DNA of 27,755 bases from a virus (Duplodnaviria > Caudoviricetes). The stretch spans positions 1 through 27,755 of IMG/VR virus record IMGVR_UViG_3300032233_000428; one strand, 5' to 3'. The notes below the pieces were generated by a model that made no database searches, was not told where the DNA came from, and saw only the letters and a list, made by a program, of their open reading frames with translations. This document shows, in pieces, positions 1 to 7,357 of this stretch. The position numbers and the translations under genes are program-made. How positions within the stretch are numbered: the first letter of the stretch is position 1; each line of letters begins with the position of its first letter.

Positions 1-259
1 CAGCTTCATACCCAGCGTTGCTGAGTCGTCCAGTGACAGTCCCATCGAGACGATACTCCACGTAAATCCGGTCTGATCCATTATATTGCATTGCCTCCTT
101 AACACCTGAAATATAGGTATCGTAGAGCTTCTTGGATCTTCTGTAATCCAGTAGACCCTTGATGAAATCTCTAGCGTTCACGACATTGGCGTCGCTTAGA
201 GATCTAATAGCAGACTGTGATATCTGTTTCTCAAGTTCAAGCTTCTCAAACCTATTCAT
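1..259 (-). CDS. polA: DNA polymerase family A, polymerase fragment (piece 3; 3' end outside window)
   Basis: Not in the ORF track. Hand translation from ATG at 259: MNRFEKLELEKQISQSAIRSLSDANVVNARDFIKGLLDYRRSKKLYDTYISGVKEAMQYNGSDRIYVEYRLDGTVTGRLSNAGYEA, open to position 1. LLDYR-x2-KKLYDTYI and GTVTGRLS match the PolA thumb (ILEYRxLxKLxSTY) and TxTGRLSS motifs. Confidence 0.9.
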   Translation of the reverse strand, partial: MNRFEKLELEKQISQSAIRSLSDANVVNARDFIKGLLDYRRSKKLYDTYISGVKEAMQYNGSDRIYVEYRLDGTVTGRLSNAGYEA

Positions 260-761
260 TTAGACCTCTGCGGTTGATTTCTTCTTCAAGTTGTTCTAAT
301 AATATATCCAATGCTTCTGCGCTTGTGCTTGGGGCACCAGTCTTCTCTGATGTGATTGGTGGATACAGGTTGAACCCACCTTCTACAATATTCTTCTTCT
401 TGTCGCAAGAATATAGTATACGAGTGAGGTCATCGGTAGATGTAAGCTCTAGAGTCTTATCTACTTCCTTGAAGGAGTACAGTCTATCCTCGTTATTAAG
501 GATATCATCCTTCAGCAAGACCCCTAGTTCGTTTACCTTGCTACCCGATATCAAAAGACCATCAAGCTCCATAGTCTTGAAGAACTCGACCGCTGGAACC
601 ATGAGCTTATCATAGAGGTTGGCCATCTTAAGCTCAGAGATTCTTTTCTCTAGCTTCTGGAAGACCTTCATGGTGAAGTAAGCATCAAGAGCATTACCCC
701 TTGCCATCGTCGGCAGGGGCATGTTCTTCCAGTCTGTCTTTTTGCCGTCTTGCCCTAACAT
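252..761 (-). CDS. polA: DNA polymerase family A, middle fragment (piece 2: ExoIII plus N-terminal half of thumb)
   Basis: WKNMPLPTMARGNALDAYFT resembles ExoIII; LYDKLMVPA..FKTMELDGL resembles the PolA 'P...L..ME..G' helix; KTGAPSTSAEAL resembles PolA motif 1 (KTG.ST...L). Confidence 0.85.
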   Translation of the reverse strand: MLGQDGKKTDWKNMPLPTMARGNALDAYFTMKVFQKLEKRISELKMANLYDKLMVPAVEFFKTMELDGLLISGSKVNELGVLLKDDILNNEDRLYSFKEVDKTLELTSTDDLTRILYSCDKKKNIVEGGFNLYPPITSEKTGAPSTSAEALDILLEQLEEEINRRGLNE

Positions 762-771
762 TAGATTATGC
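759..771. repeat. Imperfect direct repeat copy 1 (cattagattatgc) at the GT/pol piece 2 junction
   Basis: 11/13 identical to 1574..1586. Confidence 0.5.
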
Positions 772-1576
772 TATTTGTTTTGAGGTAATTGTCAGTGAGC
801 TTTATAAAGTTTTGCTTGCCTTGCTCGCCAAACTCTCGCCATCTGCCACTATACAATGTATCCTTAAGAAGTAAAGGGAAATTTTCATAATCCTCCTCAA
901 TGATACATCCAGGCATATTATTATGTTGGCTTTTCTCGCTAACTATAGTTTTACCATTTATCAGAGGATAAAACATTCTAACCTGCTCTTGTCTATTGTA
1001 TGGCTCAAAAGCATGTAGATTTAGAATTATCTTGCTATCCTCAATATACTTATCTAAATCTACAGTTCCAAATATCCACATTATTTTAAAATGCAAAAAA
1101 CAGTTATATTGAAGATGTTTGAAGATTTTAGCTCTTCTGTCATTCATATAACCATAAAATAAAACGTCAATACTTGGATTCTTTTTATTGGTAATTAAAT
1201 CTAAGTTCTTGCAATAAAGCATTGGGACAACTCTAGTAACTCTTATTTTATGGAATGCCATTAAATATTCTGCATTCAACGGATCATAATCCCAAATCTC
1301 ATCAGCACCCTCTAAGTTAGCTATTAGAGTTTCCGTTCTATTCCAGTTAGGGCCGCCCATCAACTGCTCCAACTGATACACTATGATTCTATGATCCGGG
1401 TCGGTCTTTTTAAATTCTTTACAGCTAATCTCACAAATTGACCCCAGCAAGAATAGAGTATCAACCATATGAGGTTTGTCAAAATACTCTAAAAGCATTA
1501 TTCTTACATTATCATAAAATTCACTTATTTGGTAAATTTTAATATAATTACCAAAATAATACTTAGCATTATTCAT
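761..1576 (-). CDS. Glycosyltransferase-like protein (GT-B, Glyco_trans_1_2/CgeB-like) inserted between polymerase pieces
   Basis: DVLFYG..NDRR, SKIILNLH, EQVRMFYPLINGKTIVSE follow the C-terminal GT-B pattern of CgeB-like proteins. TAATG overlaps with both neighbours. Visibly more AT-rich than the flanks. Confidence 0.6.
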   Translation of the reverse strand: MNNAKYYFGNYIKIYQISEFYDNVRIMLLEYFDKPHMVDTLFLLGSICEISCKEFKKTDPDHRIIVYQLEQLMGGPNWNRTETLIANLEGADEIWDYDPLNAEYLMAFHKIRVTRVVPMLYCKNLDLITNKKNPSIDVLFYGYMNDRRAKIFKHLQYNCFLHFKIMWIFGTVDLDKYIEDSKIILNLHAFEPYNRQEQVRMFYPLINGKTIVSEKSQHNNMPGCIIEEDYENFPLLLKDTLYSGRWREFGEQGKQNFIKLTDNYLKTNSII

Positions 1577-1586
1577 TATATTACGC
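1574..1586. repeat. Imperfect direct repeat copy 2 (cattatattacgc) at the pol piece 1/GT junction
   Basis: 11/13 identical to 759..771. Confidence 0.5.
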
Positions 1587-2601
1587 CCTGCTCATTTGGG
1601 AAGTAGTAGGACACCAAATCTTTGAGACTCTTAGGAAGATTCTCGTCTACCATGTGCTGCATGAGCTTGGTATCGTAGATGTTCCTTATATCAGACAGAC
1701 CCTGCCTAGCCAAGAACTTTGTATCGAATTGTGCCTTGTGGAATATCTTCCGTGTTAAGTCATTGGTAAAGATTTCACTCAAAAGTTTATTTACCGTAGA
1801 AATCCATCCGTCCGGGTGGGCGAATTCCTTGTGATACATTGGAATTGTAAAAGTAACTAGCTTCCCCTTATGATTAAAGCTCAGGGCTACAGTCTGTATC
1901 TCATCCTTAAGGAAGTCCAGCCCGGTGGTTTCAATGTCTACCGCCACATCGGAGTCCTTGTATTCAGATAGCTTATTTAGCTTCTCAACCGTATCTAACA
2001 TCTCCCAAGCGAACTCTGAATCGGTTCCACGCTTGTTATAGTAGGTCTCAATACCGTTCTGGATATCCAGCTTAAATAGGTATTGGTTCTGAGGCTCCAT
2101 TAGCACCTGGACTGGGTGATACAGTGCCACCACAGGGATGCCCTCATACTCAAATGCCTTCCCTCGTTTGCCCATGATGCCGCTCTTCTTAGTTAGCATC
2201 ACTAGAGGCAGGTTGCCACAGACAAAGATAACCTTGGGCCTGCAAGCCCTCACAGTCGCCAGGATATGGTTACGGCAGATATCTTTATCTTCCTTGGTCA
2301 TATCCTTATCCTTAACGTTGATGCACTTAACTGACGCAGTGTATTCTACGTGTGGGATAAGATGCCCAAATCCTGCGGACTCTAGGACAGATTCGATTAG
2401 GTCCTGCTCCTTGGTTAGAAATGGTGTTATCTCACCATGCTCCAACTTAAAAGACTCGGACACGAATAAAATCTCGCAGAGTTTATTAAAGCCCATCTCC
2501 CAATGATCCATAATCGAGTGGCACACTTGATTACGTTGGAGTTGAGTGCATCCTTTACAATCAATATATTCATATTTAAAAGGATCTGGTAGAATTCTCA
2601 T
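1576..2601 (-). CDS. polA: DNA polymerase family A, N-terminal fragment (piece 1: family-4 UDG-like domain plus 3'-5' exonuclease ExoI/ExoII)
   Basis: UDG4/[4Fe-4S] pattern: CKGC, LFVSES, VKC...C, RPKVIFVCG, LYHP. Exonuclease pattern: VAVDIETTGLD (ExoI), IFHKAQFD (ExoII), YDTKLM, SLKDL. Same domain order as the SPO1 polymerase N-terminus. Confidence 0.88.
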   Translation of the reverse strand: MRILPDPFKYEYIDCKGCTQLQRNQVCHSIMDHWEMGFNKLCEILFVSESFKLEHGEITPFLTKEQDLIESVLESAGFGHLIPHVEYTASVKCINVKDKDMTKEDKDICRNHILATVRACRPKVIFVCGNLPLVMLTKKSGIMGKRGKAFEYEGIPVVALYHPVQVLMEPQNQYLFKLDIQNGIETYYNKRGTDSEFAWEMLDTVEKLNKLSEYKDSDVAVDIETTGLDFLKDEIQTVALSFNHKGKLVTFTIPMYHKEFAHPDGWISTVNKLLSEIFTNDLTRKIFHKAQFDTKFLARQGLSDIRNIYDTKLMQHMVDENLPKSLKDLVSYYFPNEQGVI

Positions 2602-2603
2602 AC

Positions 2604-2609
2604 TATTAT
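2604..2609 (+). promoter_or_regulatory. Putative -10 element (TATTAT) 6 nt before the GTG of the sigma factor gene; probably leaderless
   Basis: cTATTAT-taattt-GTG within a 14-bp divergent gap; no Shine-Dalgarno. Confidence 0.4.
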
Positions 2610-2615
2610 TAATTT

Positions 2616-2975
2616 GTGTCGGAGTATCTTAACAACAAGCGATTTGAACAATTAATTAAACTGCACTGTTCTGGCAATTATGAATTTCAGGATGAGCTGA
2701 TGTATTGCTTTGACGCACTCATCAGCAACATTATAGACGCTTTCCATTTTAAAGTGGACAAGGAGGACGCAAAACAAGAATGCTTCCTCCTTGTCCTAAG
2801 GACACTGCGTAATTTTAAACCGGAGAACGGCTCTGCGTTCAATTATTTTACGACAGTAATTATAAATAACTTAAAACTGGTAGCTACTAAAGTTAAGAGA
2901 CATAAACTCAAGTTGGAAGCTTATTTTGAGTTTAAATTTGGGATACCAGTTCACCCATTAGACGTAAGTTCGTAA
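2616..2975 (+). CDS. gp55: T4 gp55-like late-transcription sigma factor
   Basis: YLNNK N-terminus and EDAKQEC...NFKPENGSAFNYFTTVIINN match the gp55/sigma region 2 pattern (YVNN; FDPEK..AF.YFT.I..N). No region 4. GTG start. Confidence 0.8.
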   Translation: MSEYLNNKRFEQLIKLHCSGNYEFQDELMYCFDALISNIIDAFHFKVDKEDAKQECFLLVLRTLRNFKPENGSAFNYFTTVIINNLKLVATKVKRHKLKLEAYFEFKFGIPVHPLDVSS

Positions 2976-3313
2976 TCAATACCGGCAGTATTATCTGTTA
3001 CGGTCATTACTACGAATCTGTCTGCATCATTAGAGTTAGATCCATCACCGCCAGTTAAGTTTATTAATACTGGGATAGAATTAGTTTGATAACTATATCC
3101 ATAATATTCATTAAGTATACTTAATGCTTCTGGCACCTCAAATAAGTTTACCTTGGCGTCGTAGCCTCTAAACTTGGTTGACGACTCGTTCCAAGGACTG
3201 TAAATAAGGATTTTAATCTTAGTCTTGGGATTACTAAGTATTCTATCATCAGCAACCCGTATGAGTTGTTGAAGCTTTTCCCAAGAATTAATATTCTTTG
3301 GAATATAGTTCAT
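2951..3313 (-). CDS. Hypothetical protein, possible thioredoxin-like fold lacking CxxC
   Basis: ILIYSPWNESS sits where LxFxAxWCxxC would be; VNLFEVPE and SIPVLI (cis-Pro loop) follow thioredoxin spacing; the protein has no Cys. Confidence 0.45.
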   Translation of the reverse strand: MNYIPKNINSWEKLQQLIRVADDRILSNPKTKIKILIYSPWNESSTKFRGYDAKVNLFEVPEALSILNEYYGYSYQTNSIPVLINLTGGDGSNSNDADRFVVMTVTDNTAGIDYELTSNG

Positions 3314-3624
3314 GGCTTAGGTATGCTTTGCTCAATAGAGGATGCCGAGAAACCAGAAGCCTCAAGCTGCTGTCTAAGTTCAGGATTATCTAGAATCTCC
3401 TGACTCATTTTAGTTAGCTTGTCATTTAAGTGTTCAATACCATTGAAGAAGATCTGCTTAACAAAATCTTCATCAGAGATAGTATCAGGTCTAACAATAG
3501 AAGACCAGTTCTTAAATCCTAAAGCTTCATCTTTACTTAACTTAACTATTAATTTCATACGATTTCTACTTCTTTCTTCAACTTTAATTTTCCAATTAGA
3601 ACCTTCAAATTTAATTTTTTCCAT
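3310..3624 (-). CDS. Hypothetical protein, possible ribbon-helix-helix DNA-binding domain; start revised to ATG 3624
   Basis: The 5' extension in the track (to 3720) overlaps the opposite-strand gene, so MEKIKF at 3624 is more plausible. MKLIVKLSKDE...ISDEDFVKQIF resembles RHH. ATGA overlap with the next gene. Confidence 0.55.
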   Translation of the reverse strand: MEKIKFEGSNWKIKVEERSRNRMKLIVKLSKDEALGFKNWSSIVRPDTISDEDFVKQIFFNGIEHLNDKLTKMSQEILDNPELRQQLEASGFSASSIEQSIPKP

Positions 3625-3629
3625 CCAGA

Positions 3630-3649
3630 CTATAATAGAGGGAGGTGAT
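3630..3649. promoter_or_regulatory. Bidirectional -10 element (CTATAATAG) and Shine-Dalgarno GGAGGTGAT
   Basis: TATAAT on + at 3631..3636; TATTAT on - at 3632..3637, 7 nt before ATG 3624; GGAGGTGAT at 3641..3649 precedes ATG 3654. Confidence 0.55.
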
Positions 3650-3653
3650 AAAA

Positions 3654-4202
3654 ATGCAAGATAATTTCGACCTAAAAAATTTGATGAGTAGTAAAAAGAA
3701 AAGAAAGAACAGTAGAACAAAAGGTAATTCTTTTGAAAGAAAAATATGTTCTATATTGAATGAATTTTTTGATACCAAAGAATTCATAAGATCCCCAGGA
3801 TCTGGTGCATTCTCTACAACTCATAATCTACCAGAACACTTAAAGTTTAGTGGAGATTTAATTACCCCAAAATCTTTTAAGTTCACTATTGAATGTAAGA
3901 AAGGATATAACAAAGAAAATATAGGATCAGCATTCAATTCTAAATCTGATTTATGTGATTTTATCAGACAAGCAGAACATGATGCAAACAAAATCCAGAA
4001 AAACTTTTTAATTATATTCCAACAAGACAGAAAAGATATCTTGTGTTTATTTAATGAAAGAAAGTCCCCAAGCTTATCAGCATATGGGGAAAATCATGAT
4101 CATATATTCCTGTGCATTCATAATTCAAGATATATAATTTGCAGATTTGAGGACCTATTAAAAGAAGTTAAAAAGTATAATGCTACTGGATTATTAATTT
4201 AA
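3654..4202 (+). CDS. Holliday junction resolvase, Hjc/T5 D14-like PD-(D/E)xK nuclease
   Basis: NSRTKGNSFER, RSPGSGA, GDL and IECKKGY motifs. Start ATG 3654 preferred over GTG 3645 because of the strong SD. Confidence 0.8.
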   Translation: MQDNFDLKNLMSSKKKRKNSRTKGNSFERKICSILNEFFDTKEFIRSPGSGAFSTTHNLPEHLKFSGDLITPKSFKFTIECKKGYNKENIGSAFNSKSDLCDFIRQAEHDANKIQKNFLIIFQQDRKDILCLFNERKSPSLSAYGENHDHIFLCIHNSRYIICRFEDLLKEVKKYNATGLLI

Positions 4203-6698
4203 ATACTTTAAAACTTTTGAAAAACTAAGCATGGCTTCAGTTATTTTTTCACTTATAACACGAAGTCTTTCTATATTAACTATGCCTGTAGATTCTTCGA
4301 TAGGACCCATTCCAAAAGTCTTAAACCCAATTTCATCTATTACTTTTTCAGAAACACTTAAGTGTGCAACGGAACCATCATAAGGTATTGAATATAGTAA
4401 TTGACCGTTTCTAGTAATAGAAAAACTTCCTGAATTTATATTAACCTTATATCCATTACTTTCGTCAAGTAATCTACCAGAAGTTATTAACTCTTGAAAA
4501 TGTTTTAGAACTTTATTTTGGCTACCAACTCTCATTTTTTTATCTTTGGCCGCTATGATTGAAAGCATTGAGCCATCAGATGACCCGCCACCAAATACGC
4601 CCAGACCATAGATAAACTTTAAAGCCTTCTCTTTATCTTTAGGATCGGATGACTGCATCAACTTTCTAATTCTAGACTTTTGCATTGTGTTGCTAAGTTC
4701 TTGTGATATAATTTCCCATTCTTGCTGGACTTCCTGCTCTGATTTAAAAGTTTTCTTTTGAAAAGATTTTAATCTACTTTTTATTGCGTCATTAATTTCG
4801 TCATCATATTCGTTTTCATTTCTTAGTATATCAGAACTTATTGCAGCAAAGATTTCTTTTGATGCTCTGTATTTTGTATTACCTTGCTTATCTTTATAAG
4901 CCTCAGTAGTTTTGATACTATCTAGTTTCTTTCTATCTGATTCAAATCTTTTTAATTCTGACATCATATCTTTACTCTTAACATCAAATCTATCCATCAT
5001 TGCTTTTTGATCACTTGCAACTTGTTCGCAGTTATCTGGAATATTCTTACCTGGTCTTTGTTCACACACTTTGCCTGACAGAGCATCCATCATACTCTTT
5101 CTAGCCATCTGCCCTAAATCTACTTCTCCCCTTCCAGATCCAATAGCGGTAGAAAATTTTAAGCTATCACCAATTGAAAACTTCCCGTCAGCCGTTTTCT
5201 TTATTATCTCAGCTTGATCCTCTTCATCAGATATTCCCATGCTGACTAGAGCATTTCTTGCTGATTCGTAACTACCATAAATTTCCCTGATATCTGCCTT
5301 TCTATTCCAGCCAGATATCTTTGATGTTCTATCGACACCTTCAGGGTTTCTTTCAGTGACTCCTAGCTGCCCTAGTCTTAATACTATATTTGAGAACCTA
5401 TTCAGAGCTTGTTCAGCATTTTCAAAGCTTCCATTATTGAACTGACCTATGATTGTGTTTTGGAAAAATAAGTCTAAATCATTTTTTAAGTCTAAAGATA
5501 CCTCACCATCTAGTCTGTATTGATCTATAAGATTTCTGAATGCTTTATTTAAAGCATCTTTTCTAGAAGACCAGTTATCAAAAATAGCTCCTATATTTTG
5601 TTCACATCTAGTTTTTTCAGGTGATGCTTCTAACTTTTTACAAGTATGTAAAAGTATGGAAGCCTCTCTAATATCTTCAAAGAAAAATCCTCTAGTTGTA
5701 GAGTCTGAGCCTGTTCCCATTGCTTGAGAAATTTTCATGAACTCTGAAACTTTTTTAGTTATAGTTAATTTTTCCCCATTCTCGTCAAGTTTATTAAGTG
5801 ATAAATCTTTTAATAAATTATAAAGGTAAGTATTTTTTCTTTCATTTTGTGTGATAAATAAACCTTGTTTTGTAACTGGATCTACTAAAAGTATTTGATT
5901 GTTTTCACTTAGGAATAAATGACTTTTTATATATTTTATGTCCTCTAAACTAAGTGGGCCTTTTTTAGTTAATATTCTTAAAGATTCTTGGAGTACCTGA
6001 GTTGCGGCCTGCTTTCCCATGCTTATGTCTTGCTCATTTGATTCAGATACACAAAGCCTTTCACCTTCTGGGCAGTTAGCAACTATAGTTCTAGCCTTCA
6101 ACATCGTGCTAGCAACAGATCCCGCACCAAATTCTGGTGAAGATTGATTAGCTACTAATCCAACATTTCGTAGCATCCTAAAAGATTCTAAGTATAATTG
6201 TTTATTTGGAGAATCATCTGGGAGTTCTTCAATTGCTCTCATATAACTCTCTTCATCAACGAAAGAATCAGCGTCTAAAAATGATAATGCTCTTTTTGGT
6301 AATTCAGGTTGTTGAACAGGTGGCACTTCTCTACCATCCGTAGGCTGCTCATTTTCTGAACCTTGATTTGCAGTTGAACTATCTGATGTAAATAATGATA
6401 CAAATCTAGCAAAGCCTCCTGGATTTGTTTTTGAATTAACATCTACTGGTCTACTACCAAATCCATCATAATATACTTCAGCAGAGCCTTTTCTAGAAGC
6501 CCAAATTTTAGTACCAGGTTTCTCTGCTACTTCAACTCTATAGTTTGGGTATGGTTGTCCTTTTAAACCTTCAGCTTGACGAATGTATTGATTAGCTTTT
6601 TCTTCAGCTTTAGGATCTAAACCTGTATTTTCTAGAAGTTTTAAATTTCTTTTCTTTAATCGACTGTAACTGTCTAATAATTCGTTAAAGTAGTTCAT
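4194..6698 (-). CDS. Large hypothetical protein (834 aa), possible internal head protein with a PD-(D/E)xK-like domain
   Basis: Long ORF. RGFFFE...RKADI...GDSLK pattern; N-terminus ends in KLLE, resembling prohead-protease cleavage sites. Confidence 0.6.
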   Translation of the reverse strand: MNYFNELLDSYSRLKKRNLKLLENTGLDPKAEEKANQYIRQAEGLKGQPYPNYRVEVAEKPGTKIWASRKGSAEVYYDGFGSRPVDVNSKTNPGGFARFVSLFTSDSSTANQGSENEQPTDGREVPPVQQPELPKRALSFLDADSFVDEESYMRAIEELPDDSPNKQLYLESFRMLRNVGLVANQSSPEFGAGSVASTMLKARTIVANCPEGERLCVSESNEQDISMGKQAATQVLQESLRILTKKGPLSLEDIKYIKSHLFLSENNQILLVDPVTKQGLFITQNERKNTYLYNLLKDLSLNKLDENGEKLTITKKVSEFMKISQAMGTGSDSTTRGFFFEDIREASILLHTCKKLEASPEKTRCEQNIGAIFDNWSSRKDALNKAFRNLIDQYRLDGEVSLDLKNDLDLFFQNTIIGQFNNGSFENAEQALNRFSNIVLRLGQLGVTERNPEGVDRTSKISGWNRKADIREIYGSYESARNALVSMGISDEEDQAEIIKKTADGKFSIGDSLKFSTAIGSGRGEVDLGQMARKSMMDALSGKVCEQRPGKNIPDNCEQVASDQKAMMDRFDVKSKDMMSELKRFESDRKKLDSIKTTEAYKDKQGNTKYRASKEIFAAISSDILRNENEYDDEINDAIKSRLKSFQKKTFKSEQEVQQEWEIISQELSNTMQKSRIRKLMQSSDPKDKEKALKFIYGLGVFGGGSSDGSMLSIIAAKDKKMRVGSQNKVLKHFQELITSGRLLDESNGYKVNINSGSFSITRNGQLLYSIPYDGSVAHLSVSEKVIDEIGFKTFGMGPIEESTGIVNIERLRVISEKITEAMLSFSKVLKYLN

Positions 6699-6704
6699 AC
6701 AAGT

Positions 6705-6713
6705 ATTATAGCA
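6705..6713 (-). promoter_or_regulatory. Extended -10 element TGCTATAAT, 6 nt before ATG 6698
   Basis: Minus strand reads tttTGcTATAATacttgtATG; no SD. Confidence 0.55.
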
Positions 6714-6744
6714 AAATAGCCTACCACTAAGGATAGGCTATTTT
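6713..6744 (-). terminator. Intrinsic terminator after the tail tube gene (possibly bidirectional)
   Basis: AAAATAGCCTA-N10-TAGGCTATTTT inverted repeat with a T-run on both strands. Confidence 0.7.
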
Positions 6745-6767
6745 ATATTTAAATTTTCTTATAAGGA

Positions 6768-7352
6768 TTAATAATTGAAGTAATCCATAAAATCAAATCT
6801 GAAGTCTACATCAATAGTTGCAAAATCTCCGGTAGAATAATTCTTTTCAGAGAATCTGACAGTCTTTGGATAGACACCGTAGAACTCCATGGCAGCATGA
6901 GGAGTTCTAGTATTATCTAATTCTACAACTCTAAGTTTTGCTGCCTTGAATGAAAGGTTGCCGGAGCCACCAGGAGCAGCTAGCTTGGTCATATCTCCAG
7001 TTATTGGATCATAAATAGTTTTGAACCAGTTCCAAAGAACAGAGCAGGTTTTCTTTAAATAAAGATTATCAAAACTAATTGACAGCGTATCAAATAATGG
7101 TAGACCTGGGTAGTATACTACATCATTAACTCTGTTAACCTTGATATCATCAACACCATAGCTTATGGCATTAACTACCTTGGCCCCTAGAGTAAGATCT
7201 ATTTGCTGTTGGCTAGAAATATTTGAAGGCAATCCATAAAATTGAATTTCAAATTGATATGATCTTACTGAATCAAGTGAGGTGGAAATCTTAGGAAGAC
7301 TTTCACCTTTCTTAAAGGGACGATAATTATCTTTATAATAACTTTGAACCAT
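6768..7352 (-). CDS. gp19: Tail tube protein (T4 gp19-like)
   Basis: Follows the sheath gene. YYPG...LSISFD, LWNW, YGVYP...YS....IDVDFRFD are typical of gp19-family tubes. Confidence 0.85.
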   Translation of the reverse strand: MVQSYYKDNYRPFKKGESLPKISTSLDSVRSYQFEIQFYGLPSNISSQQQIDLTLGAKVVNAISYGVDDIKVNRVNDVVYYPGLPLFDTLSISFDNLYLKKTCSVLWNWFKTIYDPITGDMTKLAAPGGSGNLSFKAAKLRVVELDNTRTPHAAMEFYGVYPKTVRFSEKNYSTGDFATIDVDFRFDFMDYFNY

Positions 7353-7357
7353 TTTTA

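Noticed and set aside
246-254. Stop-codon reassignment (TAG) as the explanation for the split polymerase
   Set aside because: Reading through TAG at 252 hits TGA two codons later and the continuation is in another frame; the other break is TAA; long genes translate fully in the standard code.
217-615. Plus-strand 132-aa ORF
   Set aside because: Ser-rich antisense shadow of the polymerase fragments; no motifs.
761-1576. Group I intron, homing endonuclease or split intein at the polymerase break
   Set aside because: The insert is entirely coding with no room for a ribozyme core; no HNH, GIY-YIG or LAGLIDADG motif; no intein terminal signatures on the fragments.
2138-2506. Plus-strand 122-aa ORF
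   Set aside because: Antisense to the UDG domain, which has clear motifs.
1-2601. Polymerase pseudogene
   Set aside because: Each piece has a coupled start, acidic exonuclease ligands are kept and the breaks fall between motifs. Not excluded without read and homologue data, but less likely.
3419-3664. Plus-strand 81-aa ORF and the 3625..3720 extension of the minus ORF
   Set aside because: Both overlap better-supported genes and cross the divergent promoter gap.
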